Positions 29,513 through 37,951 of a stretch of 64,000 nt of DNA are shown in pieces. The notes below the pieces were generated by a model. That model worked only from the letters and a program-made list of their open reading frames with translations, was not told where the DNA came from and did no database searches. Every line of letters starts with the position of its first letter. Positions within the stretch are counted from its first letter, which is position 1. Origin of the DNA: an uncultured Clostridia bacterium (GTDB taxonomy: Bacteria; Bacillota; Sulfobacillia; SLMV01); NCBI GenBank assembly GCA_964599275.1, contig CAZRFK010000002.1, positions 95-64,094 of the forward strand, in the 5' to 3' direction. The translations under genes were made by a program, and so were the position numbers.

Positions 29513-30862
29513 TTGGCATCTGTAGGAGTTTTCTGGTTGTCTGGTCTGTGGCACCTGGGTCATCAGGGACGCCTGGCATTGGCTGGTATTGTATTTGCGG
29601 TCTGTTGGTGGGCTTTCCAAGTGGTGCCCTCAGCTTATTGCTCAATGCTTTTGATACTGTATTTTATTCTGACAGGTGTTGGAACACCCGAGCATGTGCT
29701 GGGTTTCTGGACTACCCCCGTGGCCTGGTTGGTGATAGGTGCATTCTTGCTGGCTGAGGCAGTGAGTAAATCTGGTCTGGCAGAACGTTTGTCTCGTGTG
29801 CTGCTGGTACCTTTCAGCACCGACTGGCCTCGACTTATAATTGGTATTTATCTTCTTAACGGGATTCTGGCTCTTGTGATTCCACTTCCTTTTCCAAGAG
29901 CTTTCATCCTAATGACTCTGGTGAAAACCATAATTTCTTCAGACCAAATATCAGCTGAAGCTGAATCATCCTTGGGTTTTGCGGTCTTTGCCAGCTGTAT
30001 ACCCAGTTCTATGATGTTTTTGACTGGTGAGGCAGTCTTGAATCCAGTCGCTTCCTCATTTGCTGGTGATCTGACCTGGATGCAGTGGTTGAAGATGATG
30101 TTTATCCCGGCCACAGTGTCAGCTGTGTTGATGATTGCAGCTCACCTGAAATGCTTTGGATCGATCATGACAGAGCAGCCAGATGATTTATTCGCAGAGA
30201 AAAAGCGTTCATCTGGCATCACTATGTCCATCGAACCGCTTGATGCTGCGGAACTGCGCACCATTTTCTGGGTGGCAGCTGCCATACTGTTTTGGGTGTT
30301 TGATTCCTATCATCCTTTTCATCCCGGATGGGTAGCTGCCGGGGCTGCTGTTGGATTGAGTCTTCCCGTTGTGGGAGACGTACTTGGTGCAGATGACCTG
30401 ACATATGGCGTTGAATGGTCTACTTTGATTTTCGCCACCGGAGCACTGGCTATAGGTACAGTCGGGACTGAGACCGGGCTCGCCGATTGGATTGTATCCA
30501 TGATTATGCCGACCGGTTCGGTATCGCAGCTGGGACTTCTTGTGGGTATTGCAGTTGCGGCATTTTTGTTTCATCTATTAATCGGCAGCGTACTGGCAAC
30601 ACTGTCAATGCTATCAGCTCCTGTGGTTATGCTTGCCGCGGCAGTTAACTTGCCAACCGCCCCGGCCATGCTGCTAACCTATACAGCGGCGGTAATGGGA
30701 TTTGCGCTGCCATTTCATAATCTGATGCTGTTGGTAGGCAGTGGTGATGAGGGCTACTTTACTGAAAAAGAAACACTGCGGTTTTTCCCCTACCAGACTC
30801 TGATTGCGGCACTCGTCATGGCTTTTCAGATGTGGTGGTGGAATGCATGGGGATATTGGTGA
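29513..30862 (+). CDS. DASS/SLC13-type anion (citrate/dicarboxylate-like) permease
   Basis: ~12 TM helices, internal repeat architecture and loop motifs typical of the CitT/ArsB/NhaD superfamily; start uncertain. Confidence 0.6.
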   Translation: MASVGVFWLSGLWHLGHQGRLALAGIVFAVCWWAFQVVPSAYCSMLLILYFILTGVGTPEHVLGFWTTPVAWLVIGAFLLAEAVSKSGLAERLSRVLLVPFSTDWPRLIIGIYLLNGILALVIPLPFPRAFILMTLVKTIISSDQISAEAESSLGFAVFASCIPSSMMFLTGEAVLNPVASSFAGDLTWMQWLKMMFIPATVSAVLMIAAHLKCFGSIMTEQPDDLFAEKKRSSGITMSIEPLDAAELRTIFWVAAAILFWVFDSYHPFHPGWVAAGAAVGLSLPVVGDVLGADDLTYGVEWSTLIFATGALAIGTVGTETGLADWIVSMIMPTGSVSQLGLLVGIAVAAFLFHLLIGSVLATLSMLSAPVVMLAAAVNLPTAPAMLLTYTAAVMGFALPFHNLMLLVGSGDEGYFTEKETLRFFPYQTLIAALVMAFQMWWWNAWGYW

Positions 30863-30963
30863 TATTCGTGTGTGTCCGGCGGTCCTTTGCGAGTATCTTG
30901 TCCAGCGTTGAAGCTGGCTTAATATAAATTACTGATCGACATCACTTTGGAGGTGCATTGGTA

Positions 30964-31875
30964 ATGCGAAGTTGCGAGGTTCTCATAGTAGGTGCGGGTC
31001 CTGCTGGATTGACTACTGCCATATATACCGGTCGGTCCGGTCGTGACACTATTGTACTGGAAAAGGAAGTGCCCGGTGGGCTTGTTGCCACAACAGACGA
31101 AATAGAAAACTACCCCGGATTTCTGAACATTGGAGGGGCTGAGCTCAGTCAGCAATTTGTTCAACACGCCCAGCAGTTTGGTGCGGAGATAATCTCGGAT
31201 GCAGCGGAATCTATCAGAGAAGATGGCGATCACCAGGTGATTGTTGGGAAGAAGGACACATACCGCGCCCGTGCTGTGGTTATTGCTTCTGGCTCTGCTC
31301 CCAGGAAACTGAACGTTCCAGGAGAGGAACGGCTGGTAGGTAGTGGGGTATCTTACTGTGCCACCTGTGACGGAGCCTTTTTTGAGGGACGCGAGGTTGC
31401 ATGTGTTGGTGGAGGAGATGCAGCTGTGGGTGAGGCTGCTTATTTAACCCGTTTTGCCAACCGGGTTCACCTCATTCACCGCAGAGATCAGCTGCGGGCA
31501 GTGCAGGCAGTCCAGGAGCGCGTAATGAACAACGACAATGTGGATTTTGTTTGGAACACAGTTGTTGAGGAAATTATCGGGGATGCTATGGTTGAGGGTC
31601 TCAAATTGCGCGATGTGAAAACAGATGAAACAAGGATTCTGCCTGTCGATGGGGTCTTTATCTACATAGGTCATCGTCCTGCCACCGAATTTGTTGAAGG
31701 CGAGGTAGATTTAACTGAACAGGGTGAAGTGATAACTGATTCTGAAATGCAGACCAGTGTACCGGGGGTTTTTGCAGTGGGTGATGTTCGTCCGCGGATC
31801 CAAAAACAGATAGCCACATCAGTAGGAGATGGTGCTACAGCAGGAATGTCGATCGAACACTACCTGAGTGACTGA
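30964..31875 (+). CDS. trxB: thioredoxin-disulfide reductase
   Basis: GAGPAG FAD motif, redox-active CATC, GGGDAA NADPH motif; alternative TTG start at 30958. Confidence 0.88.
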   Translation: MRSCEVLIVGAGPAGLTTAIYTGRSGRDTIVLEKEVPGGLVATTDEIENYPGFLNIGGAELSQQFVQHAQQFGAEIISDAAESIREDGDHQVIVGKKDTYRARAVVIASGSAPRKLNVPGEERLVGSGVSYCATCDGAFFEGREVACVGGGDAAVGEAAYLTRFANRVHLIHRRDQLRAVQAVQERVMNNDNVDFVWNTVVEEIIGDAMVEGLKLRDVKTDETRILPVDGVFIYIGHRPATEFVEGEVDLTEQGEVITDSEMQTSVPGVFAVGDVRPRIQKQIATSVGDGATAGMSIEHYLSD

Positions 31876-32011
31876 AGCTGACCATAATAGGTGGAGGATA
31901 ATCCATTAACCATGATATACTATAACCTGTAACATGGTATGTGGCATGAGTTGCTTGTCTGTTTTTACTGTAGCATTAAAAGGTAACGTTTGATGGTGAG
32001 GAGATAAATGC

Positions 32012-32515
32012 ATGGAGTTTGTGGGGGTTATCTCATATATTCAGGTCGGGGCCTTCCTTTTTCTCTTCGCTTATCTGGGGATAGGTTTATATCAGGTTAG
32101 ACTGGATAAGAAGGTTTGCGATTTGATGCAGGCAGAGGTCGAACTTCCTGATGGCGAAGAGGAGAACCAGGTATACAGTCATGGGAGAAGGGGGCAACCC
32201 AGTCTGGGTTTTGCTACTGAATGGGAAATGCTTTCCTGGGAAGAAAAAATTAGATATCAGAAGTTGGAAAATAAGCTTAACCGGGCAGCAGCTGTTGCCG
32301 GGTCGCTGGCATTTTTGACTGGATTCACCTGGACCTACATCGAGGTGCAGGTTGGTGCAGATGGGGGACTACCACAGGGATGGCTTATCCTTTTTTCGTT
32401 GTTATTCTTGATTGGACTGGGTATTTTATTTTGGAGTTACTATAGTAGATGGTTGGCTAAAAAGGAAGACTATCTTGATGTAAAGAGGCGGCTTGAGCGA
32501 AGGAGACGCGGTTGA
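32012..32515 (+). CDS. hypothetical membrane protein
   Basis: 167-aa ORF with GGTGAGGAG RBS and several hydrophobic segments. Confidence 0.4.
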   Translation: MEFVGVISYIQVGAFLFLFAYLGIGLYQVRLDKKVCDLMQAEVELPDGEEENQVYSHGRRGQPSLGFATEWEMLSWEEKIRYQKLENKLNRAAAVAGSLAFLTGFTWTYIEVQVGADGGLPQGWLILFSLLFLIGLGILFWSYYSRWLAKKEDYLDVKRRLERRRRG

Positions 32516-32706
32516 AGATTGCAACTAACAGGTTTTCGTGGTCAGAAGCAATATAAGTGATTTATGACAACAGGCTCTTCAGGTGTTATTCTCCGTATTC
32601 TGCCTCATCTTGGCTTTTTGAGTTTCCTGTTTACACGGATGTAAGCTCAGCAAAAACCGACATCGTCTTTCAGCTATGTTTACCAACTTGTTCGCGGAGG
32701 GATAGG

Positions 32707-33624
32707 GTGAAAGGGGTAAAAGACAGTTCGCAGATTATCTCAAAGCTGCATGAAATTGATGGGCGTGGATATGGAGCCTACAAGATTATTAGCGGGAAAT
32801 ACCGCGTGCAGGAATTCAAACTATCCATAGATTATGTTCAGGGCGATCCTTAAGCATCTCCGTCAAAGCTGCGTACCTGGACATGGAGAAGGCAGGTTTT
32901 TCTTCTGAAATGTTCAGAAATTTGGAGCGGAAGATAGGTCTGGAGAATTATCTGTTAAGGGCGTTCGACTGGTTCATTGACAGAGAAGTAAAGGGACATC
33001 GTCAGCGAAAATCGGATTGGTGGGAGTCGACTCTCCTGGACAGGATATCTTATCCAGAACTGCTGTTGAGGCATCTACACAGGAGATACAAGTTCGATTG
33101 GTGGCTGGTCAACCAGCCAAGGGAGGACGTGTTCTGGGTTCTCAGGCCGAGAAAATGCTGGTTGAAGAAATTCCAACCGTTGCCCGCCGAGCTATGAAAC
33201 ATGACAGTCTGGATGCTGATAACCTCTGGCGGTTCGTTCTCAACAGAGAAAATTCTGCTGATTTACGTCATCGCCTTGGCAGCCGTAAGGCTGTGACATT
33301 TATTGCTGATGGAGCCGATTGCTGTTGGTGGATGAGGATACAAGTGTAACCAATTTCATGATCAGGGACATGCGGATGCAGCAGCTGGTTAGTGGGGACA
33401 AGGAACTCATCATTCCTTTCATTGATCGAGTAAGACAGTTGTACAGGGAGAAAGGGATCTCAACCATCCTGGTAGTAGGTGGCTCTGGTGGTTACTTCGA
33501 TGTGGGGAACAATGTCATAATGATGGATCATTATCGTCCCCGGGATGTGACTGAAAAGGCACATAAAGTAGCGGAAAAATATCCTTCCGGCCGCCAGAAG
33601 GGAAGGAATCCCGGGAACCGTTAG
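32707..33624 (+). pseudogene. decayed gene for ABC-class ATPase (PF09818/COG3044-like): in-frame TAA after VQGDP plus >=3 frameshifts; remnant may extend to ~34023
   Basis: GTG 32707 after GGAGG gives ..LHEIDGRGYGAYK..IDYVQGDP*ASPSKLR (family has GDPFA.PSR.RV); downstream pieces in other frames carry GRVLGSQAE and LLVDEDTSVTNFMIRD.RMQ.LV; frames run 1 to 0 to 2 to 1. Confidence 0.55.
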
Positions 33625-34029
33625 GTGAGATCGCAGACAGCTCCCCCGATCCGGACAGTATTGATCCCCGGCGGAAAGGGGAGGTTCGAATTAGGACAGG
33701 GGGATCAGCACGATCCAATTTGGTCATCAAAACATAGAACTTCATCAGGTGGAACAGCTTATCGATGTCAGTAGACTCGAGCGATCGGTCAAATTTTGTA
33801 GTTCATGAAAAAATATTTTCCAGATTACCCTCAGGGAGGCGCTTTGCCGCGTCAAACAGGATATATTGATGGGGAAGGACTTGACATAATATCTCCCTTT
33901 GAGGGGTACTCTGGAGGTTTTGCCCGTCCACGTATGGTGGGGGTGGCGGCAGCCCTGAACAGACTTCGAACATTACGGTTGCATTCTGAAACTAAAAAAC
34001 AACTGATTTGGGGGAGAGACTGAGGTTCA

Positions 34030-34767
34030 ATGGCACAGCAGAACTGGGTTCGGGTGGCGGTAAGGAAAACTTCAAAAGCAGGAGTTTCGGCAAGCGGGGA
34101 TAGCGTGGATGTAGTTGAACGAGCCCGCGGGGGACTTTCCGTGATCATGGCGGATGGGCAGGGCAGTGGGCCTGCTGCGAAGCGAATAAGTAACTGGGTG
34201 GTGGCTCGTGCTGCAGCGCTGATCGCTGAGGGAGCCAGGGATGGAGCCGTTGCCCGGGCTGTTCACGACAATTTACTCGCTCTTCGTGGAGGCAAAATCG
34301 TCTGCACGCTCGCTATTATGTCTGTAGATCTCAACACCAATAGCCTGGTTATCTCGCGCAACGGAAACTCGGGAGCTTTGATTTTCGAACGGGGCGGACT
34401 GCCAAGGTGTCTCGATGAGGAAGTCCCTCCAATAGGGGTTCATCAGTTTACCAAGCCTGCAATTTTGGAAAAACGTCTGCATCCTGGTGATTGTGCGGCT
34501 ATCTTTACTGATGGTATATGCAGGATACAGGACGATGGAGGCAGCCTGGAGCTGGACATGCTGAAAGAGCAGATGATTGGTGCGGTTCAGGAGCATCCAC
34601 CTCCGAGTGTTGAGACATTTGCTGATAGTGTATTTACCTCGGCCCTGCAGGCTGATGGAGGTAGACCTAAAGATGATATGTCCCTGGCAGCCATAACGGT
34701 CGAGGCGAGGGGAAAACAGCTTGGGGAAGCAGCCGTTCGTTCGATTGATCTGAAGTTTCCTTATTGA
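34030..34767 (+). CDS. compact PP2C-family Ser/Thr phosphatase (SpoIIE-like domain only)
   Basis: MADGQGSGPAA metal-binding motif, DG..R.. block and C-terminal DDMSLAAITV typical of PP2C/SpoIIE-domain phosphatases; 245 aa. Confidence 0.68.
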   Translation: MAQQNWVRVAVRKTSKAGVSASGDSVDVVERARGGLSVIMADGQGSGPAAKRISNWVVARAAALIAEGARDGAVARAVHDNLLALRGGKIVCTLAIMSVDLNTNSLVISRNGNSGALIFERGGLPRCLDEEVPPIGVHQFTKPAILEKRLHPGDCAAIFTDGICRIQDDGGSLELDMLKEQMIGAVQEHPPPSVETFADSVFTSALQADGGRPKDDMSLAAITVEARGKQLGEAAVRSIDLKFPY

Positions 34768-34795
34768 TACTCATTGACTCGAAAGGAGTATCTTT

Positions 34796-35149
34796 ATGGA
34801 CAAATCCCCCCGGATAGTGGTAGTGGGATGCTGCGCTTCCGGCAAGAGTACTCTGGTGAAAAATCTTCGGAAGGCGGATATTCCAGCGTTTTCTGTGGCT
34901 CAGGAACACTCTTCTGTGTCCTACATGTTTCGTCTGCGAGACCCGGACTTTGTGGTTTTCCTTGACGCCAGCTATGAAGAGCTGAGACGACGTAGGGACA
35001 TTTCATGGGGGAAAGATCGCCTGCAGGATCAAAAAAGACGCCTTGCCAAGGCCAAACATGTGGCTGATATTCATATTAACACTGACCAGATGACTCCCGG
35101 GCAGGTTTCAGATCTGGTACTTAAATTGTTAGAAGAGAATGAAAGTTGA
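34796..35149 (+). CDS. 117-aa mini P-loop NTPase (nucleotide-kinase-like fold)
   Basis: Walker A GCCASGKST at residues 11-19, hydrophobic-Asp Walker-B-like VVFLDAS; AAAGGAG RBS. Confidence 0.5.
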   Translation: MDKSPRIVVVGCCASGKSTLVKNLRKADIPAFSVAQEHSSVSYMFRLRDPDFVVFLDASYEELRRRRDISWGKDRLQDQKRRLAKAKHVADIHINTDQMTPGQVSDLVLKLLEENES

Positions 35150-35283
35150 TTTAGTCAGCTGAACTGCACGGATGTGGAAGAAGGCATTGTTGCATCAAAC
35201 TGGAAAGTGATATGGAGTGAAGGGTAGCTATTTACTAAGTTGACATATTGCAGTTATAATTTGATGCGTGTTGTGTTGAATAA

Positions 35284-36552
35284 ATGACGAAAGGGGTAGA
35301 CAGCTTGCGACGCAAACGACGCACTCATCTTATGAGGTTTATCGCACTGATGGTGGTCGTTGTGGCCGTCGGGGGGTATTTTGGGTTTTATTCTCCCGTG
35401 TGGGATGACATTAATAAAGGTCTGGATCTCGTTGGAGGGATCCACATAGTTCTGGAAGCCCAGGATACCGAGACCACCCCGGTCACCGAAGAGGGTATGA
35501 CTTCAGCTGTAGAGGTAATCCGGCGCCGTGTCGATGCCATGGGGGTAGTTGAGCCTGTCATTGTGCGGGAAGGTGATCGCCGTATAGTGGTGAGCCTGCC
35601 CGATGTTCATGATCCAGAAGAGGCCATGGCAATGGTAGGACGCACTGCCCAACTTGAATTTCGCGATGACGACGGCAATGTTGTTCTGACCGGACGCCAC
35701 CTGGAGCGGGCACAGGCCGTTTTTCAGACGACTGAGATGGGAGCACAGGAACCCATTGTAAGTCTTGAATTTGATGCTGAGGGAACAGAAATACTTGCTG
35801 AAGCAACAGAGGAGCTTCTGGGAGAACGAATGGTCATATACCTGGATGATGAAGTGGTTCAGGCCCCGGTGGTTCGCTCCGTTATAACGGATGGTAGTCC
35901 CATAATTGAAGGTTATGATTCTTTAGAGGAAGCTCAGGAGATAGCTGTAGTTCTGAATTCTGGTGCACTGCCGATAGAACTGGAGCCGCTTCGGCCGCAG
36001 TATATCAGTGCCATGCTTGGAGAAGCATCTGTGCAGCAGAGCTGGCAGGCTGCGATAATAGCCATCACTGCCATAATTTCGTTGATGATTCTGTTTTACC
36101 GCGTACCGGGTATCTGGGCTGTGTTTTCTCTGGGATTATATCTGACATTAGTCCTTCTGATTATGGCTGGAATAAATGCCACAATGACCCTTCCCGGTCT
36201 GGCAGGGTTGATTCTGTCACTGGGTATGGCGGTTGATGCCAATGTAATTATTTTTGAAAGAATAAAAGAAGAAGTCCGGGCAGGAGCTACACCGCGAGCG
36301 GCTATCGAAAGCGGTTTTGCCAATGCTTTCAGGACTATTGTTGACGCTGATGTAACTACATTGATAGCTGGAGTTGTACTGTATTGGTTGGCTACAGGTC
36401 CGATCCGGGGATTCGCTGTTACGCTGTCGCTGGGTATATTAACCAGTATGTTTACTGCCCTGGTAATTACCCGCCTGGCGCTCATTGAGTTGGCGGGAGC
36501 CGGATTGATACGTGAAGGCTCACTGTTTTTCGGCTCGAGGGGAGGACAGTAA
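35284..36552 (+). CDS. secD: protein translocase subunit SecD
   Basis: GLDLVGG periplasmic-domain start, C-terminal 6-TM RND-like block; alternative start ATG 35332. Confidence 0.9.
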   Translation: MTKGVDSLRRKRRTHLMRFIALMVVVVAVGGYFGFYSPVWDDINKGLDLVGGIHIVLEAQDTETTPVTEEGMTSAVEVIRRRVDAMGVVEPVIVREGDRRIVVSLPDVHDPEEAMAMVGRTAQLEFRDDDGNVVLTGRHLERAQAVFQTTEMGAQEPIVSLEFDAEGTEILAEATEELLGERMVIYLDDEVVQAPVVRSVITDGSPIIEGYDSLEEAQEIAVVLNSGALPIELEPLRPQYISAMLGEASVQQSWQAAIIAITAIISLMILFYRVPGIWAVFSLGLYLTLVLLIMAGINATMTLPGLAGLILSLGMAVDANVIIFERIKEEVRAGATPRAAIESGFANAFRTIVDADVTTLIAGVVLYWLATGPIRGFAVTLSLGILTSMFTALVITRLALIELAGAGLIREGSLFFGSRGGQ

Positions 36553-37487
36553 TGTCGCAAGGAAACGAACGGCAACGAGATGAACACAAACTGCTGATGA
36601 ATGACTTTAGCTTCATTGATAAGCGCAATATAACATTTATTATATCTGGCCTGCTGATTGTGATAGGGCTGCTTAGCCTCGGGATTCAGGGCCTCAACCT
36701 GGGAGTTGATTTTACCGGTGGGTCGATCCTGGAAGTGCAGTACGATCAGCCAGTGGAGGCTTCTGCGGTCGAGTCTGTGGTGAGAGAGCACCCAGATATG
36801 CAGCGGGCAGAGGCGGTCCACCTGGGGGAACCCGATTCTCCCATTATAAGGATAAGATCTACTGCTTTTCCTGATGAGGAGGAACGAGAGGAACTTTACG
36901 CCGATTTACAGCAATTCGGGGAGTTTGAAATCGTCCAGTTGGATAGCGTTTCTCCGGTAATTGGCGAAGAGCTGTTTCGAGCCGGGCTTTTAGCTCTTGT
37001 TATTGCTGTACTGGCCATGGTCCTTTACATTACGCTGCGGTTTGAGATCAGATTTGCAGTGGTAACCATTGTTTGCTTGCTGCATGACGCCTTGATAATG
37101 CTGGGCTTGTTTTCTCTTTTCAGACTGGAAATTACCAGTGCATTTATTGCTGCGATCCTGACCATCATTGGTTATTCGGCAAACGACACTATTGTGGTTT
37201 TTGACCGGATTCGAGAGAACCTCAGGTACCGTAAGAAGGGCGAATCATTGATTGAAACTATTGATGATAGCATCAGACAGGTGTTGATGCGTACACTGGC
37301 AACCTCGGTAACTACTTTTGTGGCGGTCGGTTCCATTTTCGTGTTCGGTGGACAAAACCTGCGACAGTTCACTTTAGCCTTGCTGTTTGGTGTTGTGATT
37401 GGTACGTATTCATCAATTTTCTTTGCCAGCCCGCTATGGTCGCTGTGGCAGGAAAAGAATCCAATTCAGACGATTTCGCGAATCTAA
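36552..37487 (+). CDS. secF: protein translocase subunit SecF
   Basis: Start overlaps secD stop; GVDFTGGS motif and 6 TM helices. Confidence 0.9.
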   Translation: MSQGNERQRDEHKLLMNDFSFIDKRNITFIISGLLIVIGLLSLGIQGLNLGVDFTGGSILEVQYDQPVEASAVESVVREHPDMQRAEAVHLGEPDSPIIRIRSTAFPDEEEREELYADLQQFGEFEIVQLDSVSPVIGEELFRAGLLALVIAVLAMVLYITLRFEIRFAVVTIVCLLHDALIMLGLFSLFRLEITSAFIAAILTIIGYSANDTIVVFDRIRENLRYRKKGESLIETIDDSIRQVLMRTLATSVTTFVAVGSIFVFGGQNLRQFTLALLFGVVIGTYSSIFFASPLWSLWQEKNPIQTISRI

Positions 37488-37559
37488 CATGGTCGATGAT
37501 CATGAACGGTAGAGCGGAGCGTCAGTCTCAAATTCGGGCTGGGGAGGGAGAAATTCACC

Positions 37560-37919
37560 GTGACGACTGCTGTGCTTTTCCTGATGCTGCTTTTGGCACT
37601 TATTATAGCTATTTTCGCTGGGCAGAATCCCCAGGCTGTACATCTGCAGTTTTTCGCATGGGAACTGGAAACTTCTCTTGTTGCGGTAATCGTGGGTGCA
37701 TCTGCTGCCGGAGGTTTGCTGGTAGGCACTGTGGGCTTGTTCAGGCAGCTTTATAACCGGCTGCGGGGTACAGATCCGTCCAGCAAACTGCGACAGGTTG
37801 AAGATGAGAGAAACCGGTTGCAGCAGGAATTAGAATGTTTGCAGTCCAAAATGCAGGATCGATCTCTTTCACAATCCGACCCTGAAGCCTCTGATGATAA
37901 AAATTCTGCAGATGAATGA
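37560..37919 (+). CDS. LapA/DUF1049-family membrane protein (YrvD-like) with C-terminal coiled coil
   Basis: IAIFAGQNPQAV..F..W..E.SLV pattern of DUF1049; position matches B. subtilis yrvD between secDF and recJ. Confidence 0.6.
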   Translation: MTTAVLFLMLLLALIIAIFAGQNPQAVHLQFFAWELETSLVAVIVGASAAGGLLVGTVGLFRQLYNRLRGTDPSSKLRQVEDERNRLQQELECLQSKMQDRSLSQSDPEASDDKNSADE

Positions 37920-37951
37920 CAGCTAGCCTGCACGTGCTTATCCTGTAGTTT

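Noticed and set aside
32557-33624. Four overlapping ORFs (32557, 32883, 33017, 33319) as separate small genes
   Set aside because: They carry consecutive blocks of one protein family in shifting frames and lack individual RBSs, so I interpret them as one pseudogene
35240-35262. TTGACA followed 9 nt later by TATAAT upstream of secD
   Set aside because: The spacer is too short for a sigma-A promoter; an alternative TTTACT-N18-TATAAT reading is possible but weak, so it is not listed as a feature
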